From NCBI RefSeq assembly GCF_016433145.1, contig NC_058130.1:134144972-134208971 (forward strand): a stretch of DNA of 64,000 nt, in the 5' to 3' direction. Positions 11,206 to 22,628 of the stretch are shown one piece after another. The stretch is from Gracilinanus agilis (Eukaryota). The translations under genes and the position numbers were made by a program. How positions within the stretch are numbered: position 1 is the first letter of the stretch; each line of letters opens with the position of its first letter. The notes below the pieces were generated by a model. The model did not search any database. It saw only the letters and a program-made list of their open reading frames with translations, and had not been told where the DNA came from.

Positions 11206-13623
11206 ATNCCAATTCCAAGTCCAATACTCTTTTTACTACAACACGAAAAAAACATGTCTTTAAATAAAATGCTTTTCAAAATGATATTTAAGTTATATGT
11301 ATTTACTTACTAAATGAAACACATTAAATATCTTCATTTTAATATATGTTATAGCCAGAGTCCTTTGAGGTCCCTGATACCTCTAAATTTATGATTATAA
11401 AATGCTGATAGCAAAGACAAATTAAAAATGCAAATTAGTTGTTCCAAAAATTGAGTAAAGCCATCTAGTCTAAAGAATAAATACCTATTTTTTCCAACTA
11501 CAACTCTTACATATAAAAACTATTACACACTGGCTACATTTTATACCATGCTAAGTCATAAAAGTTAAATTTAAAATAATTACACTATCTGCCTCACAAG
11601 GCTATTATATATATATATATTTTTTTTTTTATTTTAAACCCTTAACTTCTGTGTATTGACTTATAGGTGGAAGAGTGGTAAGGGTAGGCAATGGGGGTCA
11701 AGTGACAGTGACTTGCCCAGGGTCACACAGCTGGGAAGTGTCTGAGGCCGGATTTGAACCTAGGACCTCCCGTCTCTAGGCATGGCTCTCAATCCACTGA
11801 GCTACCCAGCTGCCCCCCAAAGTATATTTTGATTATCAGTTTTTAGATCACTGTTTTCCATTCCATAGATTCTATTCCTCATCTCTATAACATCATTCTC
11901 CATTTGCAATTCTTCATCAGACTTTTCCCTATAATCAAGTTTTGCTTCAGCAAGCCCATTACTTATTATTGTATTTCCTAGCTTCTCCTTTTTGTTTTTT
12001 CGTGTATTTTCACTGTCATACCCCTTTTCTCTTATTTCCATTGTTAACACAGCTTCCTTGATTCATAAATTAGTACTTGCTCTTTCTCCATGGGCCACAA
12101 AATTTTTCCATTTCAGCCAAGCTTGAACTATTGCTTGAACTGGAGCAGGTGTGATCACAGCACTTTGATTTGTTGCTATTATTTTACCTATTGCTGTTGT
12201 TATTGCTATTGAATCGAGAATTGTAATAAGTGTTCCTTCTATTGTTATTGTTGTTGTTGAGGTTCTTAAAATTAATCTAGGACTTAAAATGACATTCCTT
12301 TATGATATGCCAAGTTTCTGACATAGGAAACATCTTTTTAAATTGTTGTTGTATGATTGTCTTGGCAGCTTTGGTTCCTTTGATTCTGAATCTATAGAGT
12401 CAGGTTCTTAATTTCCTCTATTTCTTTTTTGATTTTTTTGCTTCCTTGAGTTGTTTCTTCAAATTAGCAATTATAGAATCTTTCTCATTGTCAGAATTTC
12501 TCATGGGTTTGGGCTCTCTGTCACAGGATTCATGAACATAGGAAGCTGTTTTCCTTAGATCTTCTAGGGACAGCGATTCCCACCTAGGGCAATACAATCT
12601 GAAGTGTGTCTGGATAGGGGCTGCACTTCCCTTTATAAATTGTCACCCAACGTGCTGGAGGTTGTTCTCACTCATATCCTGGAACTCAAGGATATTCTCT
12701 CCAGCTTCCAACAACCTATCGAGGAAAATGCTTGGATGTTTGTTCTCCCCCAACTCAGTTTCTCAAAACACCCCTAGCTGTCTGGACATTTAGTATGAAT
12801 TTTCATGACTTCCGCTATATCTTCTCTACATCAGTATAGAGAAGCCATATTGCCATGGGAGGAAAGTTCTAAGTCCTCATATTCTTATGGCCAGGAGGCT
12901 AGGTTGGGGTTACTTCTTATCTCCACTATAAATTTTGCCTTCTCACTTGGGGTAAATAACTCGGACAAAAGAATTTCCACATCCTGAAATGTGGGGTTGT
13001 AAAGCCTAATTGCCCTCTTTATGGATCTGTGGGGGTTGAGATAGAATTGAGGCATTCTCTTTTTCAGGATCTCCAAGTCCCTACTTGAGAAGGGTTTGTA
13101 GCCTTTCACATGTAAAATGCCAGAATCAGTCTGGACCACCATCAGGTCACAAATAGGTAGTATAGGGACTGCTGCCTCAGCCCCCTGTGGTGTTTCTGTT
13201 TTGTTTTTCTCTTTGCTCTTGTCTTTATCTTCACCCTCAATCAATTCCAGTTGCATTATGGTCTTGGTGTCAGCATCTTTGCCCTCCCTGAGTTGCTTAT
13301 TTATTTCTATGAGTTCCTTAATCTGGTTCTTCAGGGCTTCAATCAGTATCATCTTCTTTTCCAAAAACATGCCTAATTGTCTTTCTCAGGGCCCAATATG
13401 CCTGGAGCAGTGATAACATGACTGCCCCACAAGTTAGTATGAAGGACAAAATTTGTTCCAGGCTGATCTTAAGCCATTTATAGGTGTCATATATTCTTAG
13501 GAGCTCCAGCATATATTGGGGTATCCATATTACCCACAAATTATATACCGCTGACCACAAACTATAAAATAGAAGAGTACTGCTAACAATGATAGAAGTT
13601 ATTCTCCCTAGAGAATAATCCAT
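10071..13623 (-). mobile_element. ERV gag (decayed, about 960 codons after removing the 11162-11827 insertion)
   Basis: CA-like YKPFSSRDLEILKK..LYNPTFQDVEILLSELFTPSEK; MHR-like HFLDRLLEAG..QFIKGS; CX2CX4HX4C knuckle at 12332-12292 with a 1-nt deletion; TGA at 10073-10071 just before the protease. Confidence 0.8.
11628..11817 (-). mobile_element. SINE1_MD-type SINE inserted in ERV gag
   Basis: Minus strand GGGGGCAGCTGGGTAGCTCAGTGGATTGAGAGCC...; TSD CAAAGTATAT at 11152-11161 and 11818-11827. Confidence 0.9.
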
Positions 13624-13688
13624 CTTCTTTTCTTTTTCTGCCTCTTTGATCTTGTTAGGCAGAATTTGTCCCACTGGTCAGCACTATT

Positions 13689-15207
13689 TGACTCCTTCTA
13701 TCTCAAGATGGCTACTTAGTTGGTATTGTTAAGGTTCAGAGTCCGTAGCTGGCTCAGCCAAATGGTAAAGAGCAAATGCAGGCCAAAGGCTGATGAAACC
13801 TGCAGGCTCACAGCCCTGTTGGGGATGGGTGCAGGAGAGGCTGTTTCAGTTATAGATTCTCTCCCAAGATGTCACAGGACCTGTTGCTCTTACTTGAGAG
13901 AGAAAACCAGTGATTTCCCTAAGAGGAACTGATTGATTCCTCCTCAACTCAATGGTATTGTTGAGAGAAAGAGTATTCCCACAAGAGGGGATGTTTCTGA
14001 ATAATGAGTGAAGTCCACAACCAAGGATCAATGATAAAATCAAATGGGTCTACATAGCTAGCTCCCCAGCCAACTGCCACTTCTGATAGAATGTGGTGAC
14101 TCTCCCAGGGTAAGTAAATTCTAATGGCCTTTCTCAATTGAAGGACTCAAACACTAACTATTTTAAGGATACACTCTCTAATAACATGGTGAATCAAATG
14201 GGGAAGGAGGTAGATGAAAGGAAAGAGGGAATAGGAGGAAACTATAGCTAATTGAGTCTTGAGGCTGGGTTTACCCTGACCAGGCAAATCCCCTCTCCCC
14301 TTCTCACAAATCTTCTTTCCCCTTCCTTATCTATAGCTCTAATACCTAACTAATAAAGTAAATGAGTAATCTTTAGATGGAATGTTGCTATTGTTGATTG
14401 AAGGTCTGTAAAGATGATGGATTATCTCTACTAACTGTCTACAAGGTCAGTCAGTAGCTATAGTAGTTTGTTTCAATGAGGATCAGTCTGGAATAGAGAT
14501 AATTTAAAGTTGCAAGGTAAAAGCATAAAGATCAGCTGGTATGAGGTATGGCTGGGCTTAGGAGTGATTGGTTTTCCACCACCCTCCTCCCTAACTCCCC
14601 CCAAAAAACAGTGAATGTTCTCTGCTTGAGGTCCCCCTTATTTACCCTGGTTCCAACCATCCTCAACTGCCCTTGGCATCTTGGGGTTCTGTGGCTTGCA
14701 TCCCACTTGGGATTCTTAGGAAGAGAGGAGGTGTTCAGGATAGAATTACCTAGGAGAGGCTGATATTTTATAATGGATACAAAAAGATCATTCCAGTCTT
14801 GGGGCTTGACCATTTGGGAGAAGCCTCTGATACAATGGGAGAAATTTCTAAGACCAAAGGTCAGTCTGGGACCTCCCTAAGGCAAGTTCCCAGACAAACT
14901 CCAAAGATCAAACCCCAAATACTTACAGGGCTATAAGGCCTTTGTCCTACCTGGAGAAGCTTGGGGTAGAGGGACAAGCTTTTGACTGGGGTCCTAGTGG
15001 GTACTGATTTTGGATTAATAAGTTGAGAATAACACACTAATTGCTTATTCCACCCATAATGTATCTTTTAGATGGAAGTTTCTCTATAATAACTTGAAAA
15101 GCTTGCAGTTTAAATGCTAGCCAATCATGTTTGAAATCGTTTTGGTTCCCCAAAAGCTGAGAATATAGAATTTGTGACCCGTGTATCAGATCCTCCAACA
15201 GGAGTCA
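13689..15207 (-). mobile_element. 5' LTR of the minus-strand ERV (about 1.5 kb)
   Basis: 7-bp terminal inverted repeat TGACTCC...GGAGTCA, followed after 2 nt by PBS-like TAGTGCTGACCAGTGGGAC. Alternative TGTT..AACA termini at 15200/13727. Confidence 0.65.
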
Positions 15208-16524
15208 AAGGAAAGATCCAGGATTCATGAAACTATATGCTAGTGTTTTCCTTTATGGTTTTTTACATGATGAATTTGTTAAATATTGTGTATCAACAGC
15301 AGTTAATTTTTTCAATGATGCCAGTAATGATACACATTTTTATTCTAGGTATTAACTCTTGATTTGGATGGTAGATTTAAAAATTTTAAGTTATTACTCA
15401 ATTCTGTCTAGAGAACATAAGACTTTTCTTCTTTTTAAAAAAAAATTCTTACCTTCCATCTTCAAATCAATACTGTGTATCAGTTCATTGGCAGAAGAGC
15501 AGTTAGGGCTAGGAAATGGGGAGTAAGTGATTTTCTCAGGGTCACACAGCTAAGAAATGTCTGAGGTCCAATTTGAACACAGGACCTCTCATTTCTAGCC
15601 CTGGCACACAATACACCTGGCTGTCCCACCCTGGACTTTTTTGATTAACATATACATGTTCTGGAACATAAGAAAGTTGATTTGGGTTTAGTAAAGTGCA
15701 GGCCTGACTGGTTATTATAAATGGACATGAAATATTTGGAAAAATACTTTGTGACTAATGGTAAAAGACTGAGTATTTTAATTGAACAGCCCAGGTTTCT
15801 CTTCAAAGTAGTTTCTACCTAAGACCAAAAGAGAGATGTTTGGGTAAAGCTGATGCAAATAAAATCTTGGAGCCCCAGGTGAGAGTGGAACCCTAAACTA
15901 TTATCTCAGTCATTTCCTAGGGAGCTAAACCCCAGATAATTACTCAATAGACTGGAACCTGAAGACAGAGTCCATAGAAGACATCTGTACAAGGAAACTT
16001 ACAGCCAAAGGGGAAGGACTTCAAGTCTCAGAAGACTCCTAATATGGCTAAGTATCCTTTTTAGCTCTCCCTTTCATTGTCCTTTTAGATTTTTTAAAAA
16101 TACAGGTCCCTGTGCCAGATAGAGAATTTAGTCTTGCTATTTTCCTCTGGGAATTCTAGTTCCCTGAGCAAGGTCCTTTTTAAGATTGGCAATTATTCCA
16201 ATTTGAGAACTAGAAAAATACAAAAGAGAAAAAGCTAGTCCTCATAGCTAACTAAAGTAAGAAAGTTTCAGCTCACTTTTTTATTTTATTATGAGGTTTA
16301 AGATAACTTAATAGCTGATTAATTTGAATAGTTACAACAAAATTTTCTGAGTGCTCTTCTAAGTTTGTGTACATTATTATGGATTAATTTTATCTATCTA
16401 TATATACATATATATGCAGAATTGCAGAATATAATTATTTCTCAATGTGACATCAGAAGAATATAGAAAAGAAGAATGAAGTCTGATAGTTTTCATGGAT
16501 GTAATTGTTAATAACATGAGGTAG

Positions 16525-17073
16525 TGGCATGGGATTCAGTTTCCCCTGGATACCCCAAAACCCCAGAGGTATCTATCCCAGGTCAAAAGGTATGCAAGGA
16601 ATTTCTTTTTTTGCATTCCTTCTGTGTTGGCTGAAGGAAGGTGACTTGGAACAACATAAACCCTATGATAAGGAGTTTCTGAGAGAGACTCTCCCTTAGG
16701 CCTCTCCCTTTAGCTTTTTGATAAGCACAGGTACAGAGGGCCTGTTTGCTTCTGATAAGCATCTGTTTATATCTCAGATATCTAATCATCTCCTGAACTG
16801 CACTGTTCAACCCCCCTTTGTCTTCCAGGCTTGGCATATCACCCCACCACCCCATTTCTGGTCACATAGTCCCCTTTGTAAAAAAAAAAGTATAAGAATC
16901 CTAAATCCTGTCTCTTTTAGGAGGCAGTGACTTCACCTTGCACCTGCCTCTAAGTCATTCAACTTGCATTCAATCTAATAAATTTTTCTATTTTGAAAGA
17001 TAATCATTGGAGCCTCTCATTCTTGAGGGAACACCCTTCCTGGCCCAAGTTAATCTCTAGATCTCCCACAACA
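16525..17073 (+). mobile_element. Solo LTR
   Basis: TGGCATGGG...CACAACA with 4-bp TSD GTAG; TATA-like AAGTATAAG and AATAAA near 16977. Confidence 0.8.
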
Positions 17074-17544
17074 GTAGTTATATTTGACCCTAAACATGAT
17101 TGGAGAGAACTGCCATTTGAGACTTAAATTGTACAGGAAAGTAATTGGAAAGGTTGCTATGGAAAAGATTGGTTAGTGATGCAAGCAACCCTGTGGGTAC
17201 TTTCTGGTAACTGAAGGAATAGTTTTGTATCATGGGAAAGCTGAGAGGGTGCTTAGCTGGATTCCCTAAAAAGAAACTTCAGTTTTATACTTGGCAGGTT
17301 CTATACACAGCTATGCATCATTGCCAACTTTCACCTGGCATTAATACTCCAAATTGGGGTAGTATTTTTCCCTTACTTTAGTTATGTCCCTCTTTTCTCC
17401 TGTTATGGCAAATTTTCTATAATTGTAAAAGGTGATGTAGTCTTAGATAGGCTAATGCTGCAATATATCAGAATTGAAGATGCCTGTATGTAGAATTTTT
17501 AGTCATTCAAATAATTAAGCAGATGAATATTGAATACAAAAGAT

Positions 17545-17950
17545 TAAAGATAGGGAAAAGGACCTACTTGTACAAAAATATTTATAGCAGCTCTTTTTGT
17601 GGTGGCAAAGACCTGGAAACTGATGTCTATCAATTGGGGAATGGCTGAACAAATCATGGTATAAAATTGTAATGGAATACTACTGTGCCTTAAGAAATGA
17701 CAAGATGATCACCAAAAAAAAAAAAAAAAAAAAAAGACCTGGAAAGATTTATATGAAGTGATGCAAAGTGAAGTGAGCAGAATCAGGAGAACACTATGAA
17801 TGACTTACCTATTAACAGCAGTGCAAGGGTCCAGGACAACTCCAAGGGACTCATGATAGAAAAGGCTCTCCACTGCCAAAGAAATAACTGATAATCTGAA
17901 TGTAGATTGGAACATGCCATTCTTTACTTTATTTCTTCCATGAATTTTTT
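17545..17950 (+). mobile_element. L1 3' end
   Basis: Marsupial L1 ORF2 C-terminus and 3' UTR (..GGAATGGCTGAACAAA..GGAATACTACTGTGC..AAGTGAAGTGAGCAGAA..). Confidence 0.8.
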
Positions 17951-18129
17951 ACACTTGTGAAAAGGGAGTTCTTTATTCTCTTTGCCTAGTTGGGGTTAAA
18001 ACTTTGGTTAACAATAACTTAAGATACCCTTAGATTTTAATTGTTCATTCTTGGCTAGAATCCATTGTCAGTCCTAGAATTGAAAAATGAACGTCCTCCC
18101 ATCCATTCTGCTCCTTGGACTGTTCTGGT

Positions 18130-18560
18130 TCTGATGGGAAACAGGAATGCCAAGGAAAAGTTTATCACTGAGGTAGTTATTATAGAAAAAGAATCAAATG
18201 GACTGATTTTGTCTTCTCTCTGTGGCCAGTGACCATCTTACTCATCCTGGTTAGTCCCAGACCAATCTGAGTTTTGCCACAACTGACACTTCTGACCCAG
18301 TGATGTAGCTGTATTTTTGTATTCCTCTTCTGTTAATCTGCCTGATCTACATTTTCTAAAAGCTAAGTTGGTTGGTGAGTTCCCTGTATATCCACAACAG
18401 GCTCTTCAGCCCACTGCCAGGTCCAGAATAGAATTTTCTTTTGTTTCCTTTGCCTTTTGAAGGATGAAATTATTACTAAAGGAGATCAAGAAATTATTAA
18501 ATTTGCTTTTGGCATAAAGATGTCCAGATAATTGAAGCAGATGTCAAATTAACTGTCCTT
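18130..18560 (-). mobile_element. CR1/L3 LINE fragment
   Basis: Minus strand reads ..FNYLDI..DNF-like..NSILDL..GRLTEEEYK, matching the CR1 endonuclease/linker region. Confidence 0.65.
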
Positions 18561-18679
18561 GTAGCTATCATACATGGAAGCAATGCCTGTGAAGAAGGAG
18601 TCAGCTATCTCCACTAAATGCCAACCATCTGACAAGGCAGCCTAGCTGGAGCAAGCCACTCTGAGAAGGTGGGAGTAAC

Positions 18680-18990
18680 ATGTGCCAAGCAAGTCAAACC
18701 ACCAGCAGCAGCTTGACCATTATCTCCCCACGGATGCTGATGCAGATCCTAGGTTCAAGAGCCTTAGGAACAGTAATGCTTTCAGCCAAGTCAGCTTCCA
18801 CGGTCATCATTCTGAGAAGTAACCTGTGTGGAGATGCAGCCTGGTAAATGGCCTCAAAGGACTATAGTCACCACTACTGAAAACCCAGAAAAGAAAGTTC
18901 TTGGCACCAAAGTCACAATTGTCAATTCACAATGTCAAATGTTTCAACTAATAGGATTTTATCAGTGGAAATGACATTAAAGAAAAGGCA
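18680..18990 (+). pseudogene. YBX3: Processed pseudogene fragment of Y-box binding protein 3 (CSDA)
   Basis: Translates to MCQASQTTSSS..DPRFKSL..SNLCGDAA..ENPEKKVLGTKV..VKCFN..GFISGNDIKE, versus YBX3 MSEAGEATTT..DPAPKSP..GNPGGDAA..EDAEKKVLATKVLGTVKWFN..GFINRNDTKE. Continuous across the expected exon 1/2/3 junctions; frameshifted. Confidence 0.8.
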
Positions 18991-19129
18991 TTAATATCTG
19001 TTTTGCCTTCCCCTAAGGATCAGAGGATCTTTCCATCTGACTTAGAAGTGAAGCCTTTCCTATATGTTGACTATCTCATTAGACTGTGAGCCCCTTGAGA
19101 GCAGGGATTTTCTTTTTTTCTCTTTGTAT

Positions 19130-19330
19130 CTCTGTTGTTGTTATTCTGTTGTCTCTGACTCTTTGTGACTAAGCTGCCCATGGAGTTTTCTTGACAAAGA
19201 TACTGGAGTGGTTTGCCATTTCCTTTTTCAGTGGATAAAACAGAAGTTAAGTGACTTGCCTAGGGTCACATAGGTAGTGTCTGAGGCTACATTTGAACTG
19301 AAATCTTCTTGACTTCATTCAGTGTTCTAT
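19130..19330 (-). mobile_element. MAR1-type (RTE-related) marsupial SINE
   Basis: CCCATGGAGTTTTCTTGACAAAGATACTGGAGTGGTTTGCCATTTCC core. Confidence 0.7.
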
Positions 19331-19912
19331 TCCTGAGATATCTAGCTGCCTTTATCTCTAACACTTAACAGTGTTTTTCATGTATTAAGTGCTGAATAAA
19401 TACTTCATTCATTCATATCTAGATAACTGAAGTTCCCACCCCCCATCATCACTACTATAGCTATCAAGTCTCTGTGGCAGGTTTATGATCCCTCATCTCC
19501 TTAGTTATTTCCTCCCCCCCATTGTTCTTTTGTTTTCTATTGACTATTGCTTCAGTTTCTGACCTTTAGCCAAATGCTTTTCATCATGCTCCAGCACTCT
19601 GATTCCTGGATTTCCTCAGGAGAGGAAATTATATTCTTAATATGCAGTCCCACTGAGCTCCTGCTCCCTTTTATCAATCCTCTTTTGTTTTTTTTAAACC
19701 CTGAACTTCTGTGTATTGGCTCTTTGGTGGAAGAGTGGTAAGGGTAGGCAATGGGGGTCAAGTGACTTGCCCAGGGTCACACAGCTGGGAAGTGTCTGAG
19801 GTCAGATTTGAACCTAGGACCTCCAGTCTCTAGGCCTGACTCTCAATCCATTGAGCTACCCAGCTGCCCATCAATCCTGTTTTTATAAAAAAAGATGTAT
19901 ATCCTTCTAGGT

Positions 19913-20046
19913 CAGTGATGGGCAACCTTTTGAGCTTGGGGTATGTCAAAATTCGTCAAAAAACCAAGCATAACTCGGGTGGAGAGGCACTTCAAGAAAA
20001 AAACCATAATTTTGCGATATTTATAGTTTAAATAACAAAAATGTAT
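19913..20046 (+). mobile_element. hAT (Charlie-group, OposCharlie-like) DNA transposon end fragment
   Basis: TIR CAGTGATGGGCAACC preceded by TTCTAGGT, resembling the Charlie target NTCTAGAN; truncated; exact family uncertain. Confidence 0.6.
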
Positions 20047-20294
20047 GCTACTAACCTCAAGAGTACAGATTGAAACATATTTTTTCTTTTTCTTTTTTTC
20101 CTCCCATGGTACATGACTAATGTAGAAATTTGTTTTGTATTACTTCATATTTTGTGTTTCTTGCCTTATTAATGGGTAGTGGGAGAGAATCTAGACTAAT
20201 TGGCCAATGCAGTTGGATTACCAGGGACCTCAGGCTGATGTGAGGTCCCTTCCATTTAGGCTGAATGGTGAATTCTATAAGAAATAGACAAGTA

Positions 20295-20492
20295 GGGGCA
20301 GCTGGGTAGCTCAGTGGATTGGGTCAGGCCCAGAGATGGGAGGTCCTGAGTTCAAATTTGATCTCAGACACTTCCTAGCTGTGTGACCCTGGGCAAGTCA
20401 CTTAACCTCCATTGCCTAGCCCTTAAAGCGCTTCTGCCTTAGAACTAATACACAGTATTGATTCTAAGATGGAAGGTAAGGGTTTAAAAAAA
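20295..20492 (+). mobile_element. SINE1_MD-type SINE
   Basis: Full-length with A-tail and TSD AAGAAATAGACAAGT. Further copies at about 2884, 4385, 15440(-), 19690(-), 30735, 37326, 41352, 45502, 47715(-), 50990, 56517, 62130(-), 63955. Confidence 0.9.
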
Positions 20493-20949
20493 AAAAAAGA
20501 AATAGACAAGTCAGCTGGGACCCAGAATAGGAAGTATGTTAGTGGTAGATAAGATTCCTGACTCCCAACAGATGAGGAATGCGTATGCAGAGTACTTCCC
20601 TGGGAGCAAGTATTCATAGGATTTAAGAGTGGCGATGGGGCTCTAGCTCAACACCCTAATTTTTCTACAGATAAGCAAGTCGAGATCCCGAGAAATTAAA
20701 TTACTTGCCCCAAATCACACAGGTGGCAAATAGTAGGGACAGAATTCAAATCCAACTCTTTCGACTCTGAATCCAGAGCTATTTCTACTTCCCCAAGCAT
20801 AGACATGGAGAGCCACCAAAAATCACTAATAGCATTCCTTCACTTGAGCCGATGGAAATCATGCAATTCCTCAATTCCACCATTAAGAGGCAGCATTAGC
20901 CCGGGAACCCCAAATTAACCTCGTGAGAGATTTAACCGGGAGTAAAACT

Positions 20950-21275
20950 AAGGTCAAGCAAGAGGTGAGATCGAGCCAGGCACCGATTGGAAACTTCTCA
21001 ACCAATCATCAACGGAGTCCAAGCTCGTCAGCCAATAGGCTCTAGCATTCCGAAGGCTATCAGGCGCGAGGCTGTGACAGTTGGTGCTTCGTGCCAGCCC
21101 GCACCGGAGATGGTGCGCGCGACAAGGAGGATGACTAGGATTGGCTGACAGACGGCGGGGTGGGGCGCTTGGAGGCCTCGCGCCCAATGAGGCCGTTGGG
21201 GGCGGGGCAGATCCAAGCCGGGCCAGGGCTAGGGCCGGGGCGGGCGGGCTAGGCGGCCGAGCGGGCCGGGCAGCG
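20950..21275 (+). promoter_or_regulatory. PGP: PGP CpG-island promoter with five CCAAT boxes and GC boxes
   Basis: CCAAT/ATTGG at 20986, 21002, 21032, 21140, 21184; GGGGCGGGGC near 21199; CpG-rich from about 20950 to 21920. Confidence 0.85.
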
Positions 21276-22628
21276 ATGGCGGAGGCTGAGGCGGGCGGCG
21301 ACGATGGCCGCTGCGTCCGGCTCAGTGCCGATAGGGCCCAGACGCTGTTGGCCGACGTGGACACGCTGCTCTTCGACTGCGACGGCGTGCTGTGGCGAGG
21401 GGAGACTGCCGTACCCGGCGCGCCGGAGGCGCTGAACGCCCTGCGGGCCCAGGGCAAGCGGCTGGGCTTCGTGACCAACAACAGCAGCAAGACCCGCGAG
21501 GCCTACGCGGAGAAGCTGCAGCGCCTGGGCTTTGGCGGCCCCGCGGGGCCCGGCGCCGGCCTCGAGGTTTTTGGCACGGCCTACTGCGCCGCCTTATACC
21601 TCCGTCAGCGCCTAGAGGGCGGCGGGGTCCCGGCCAAGGCCTACGTGCTGGGCAGCCCGGCCCTGGCCGCAGAGCTGGAGGCCGTGGGCATCGAGAGCGT
21701 GGGTGTGGGTCCCGAGCCCCTGCAGGGGGTCGGACCCGGCGACTGGCTGGCAGAGCCCCTGGATTCCGGCGTTGGCGCGGTGGTGGTGGGCTTCGATCCC
21801 CACTTCAGCTACGCGAAGCTGACGAAGGCCGTACGCTACCTCCAACAACCAGGCTGCCTCCTCGTGGGCACCAACATGGACAACCGACTCCCACTGGAAG
21901 GCGGAAGCTATATTGCCGGTAAGTGAGTGGGAGTTTGGGAAGGGACCGTGGGCCCTGAGGGTGACTGCAGCCCCTTGGGTGGGGTGGGGACGCCAGGGGA
22001 GGGTATTCTTTCTAATCAGAATTTTGGGAAAACAGCTTCCGCTTATAGAACATCCCCTCCACAGGTCCTTTATCACACAACCCTCCTCATTGGGGATAAA
22101 GGCCCCCGAAGGGACTGCCTGCGACTTGAGAGTGCCTAGTGGGCCTCATATTATGAGAAAGGTCACAGCAGCTTTGGGTGGGACTGGAGTAGATCCACCC
22201 ATTCTAGGACACCTTTCCTGCCTCCACTCTGCCCCACTCAGTTGGGGACAAGGGAAGACCACGTGGTCTCAGGCTAATGACCATGGTTTCCTTGGGCCAC
22301 AGGTACTGGCTGTCTTGTCCGAGCTGTGGAGATGGCTGCACAGCGGCAGGCAGAGATCATAGGTAAACCCAGCCGCTTCATCTTCGATTGTGTGGCCAAG
22401 GAGTTCGGCCTCAATCCAGAGCGCACCGTCATGGTGGGAGATCGTCTAGACACAGACATCCTCCTGGGGGTTACTTGTGGCCTCAAGACCATCTTGACTC
22501 TTACCGGGGTCTCCAGCTTGGAGGATGTGAAAGGCAACCAGGAAAGTGACTGTTCTCACCGGAAAAAAATGGTTCCTGACTTCTATGTCGACAGCATAGC
22601 CGACCTTATACCAGCTCTTGAAGATTAA
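21276..22628 (+). CDS. PGP: Phosphoglycolate / glycerol-3-phosphate phosphatase (HAD family), join(21276..21918,22303..22628), 322 aa
   Basis: [17 protein letters not shown] start; HAD motifs [25 protein letters not shown]; C-terminus [18 protein letters not shown]. Phase-1 GT-AG intron 21919-22302 (G|gtaagt ... ccacag|GT). 643+326=969 nt. AATAAA at 22655 and 22662. Confidence 0.98.

Noticed and set aside
21187-21252. Possible uORF upstream of PGP
   Set aside because: Its ATG is part of a CCAAT box that probably lies upstream of the TSS.
21141-21275. 45-aa N-terminal extension of PGP shown in the ORF track
   Set aside because: It starts at TTG within a CCAAT box in promoter DNA; ATG 21276 matches the orthologue start.
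20954-22076. Long overlapping or antisense ORFs (154-178 aa) over PGP exon 1
   Set aside because: Stop-poor GC-rich shadow frames with no recognisable domains.
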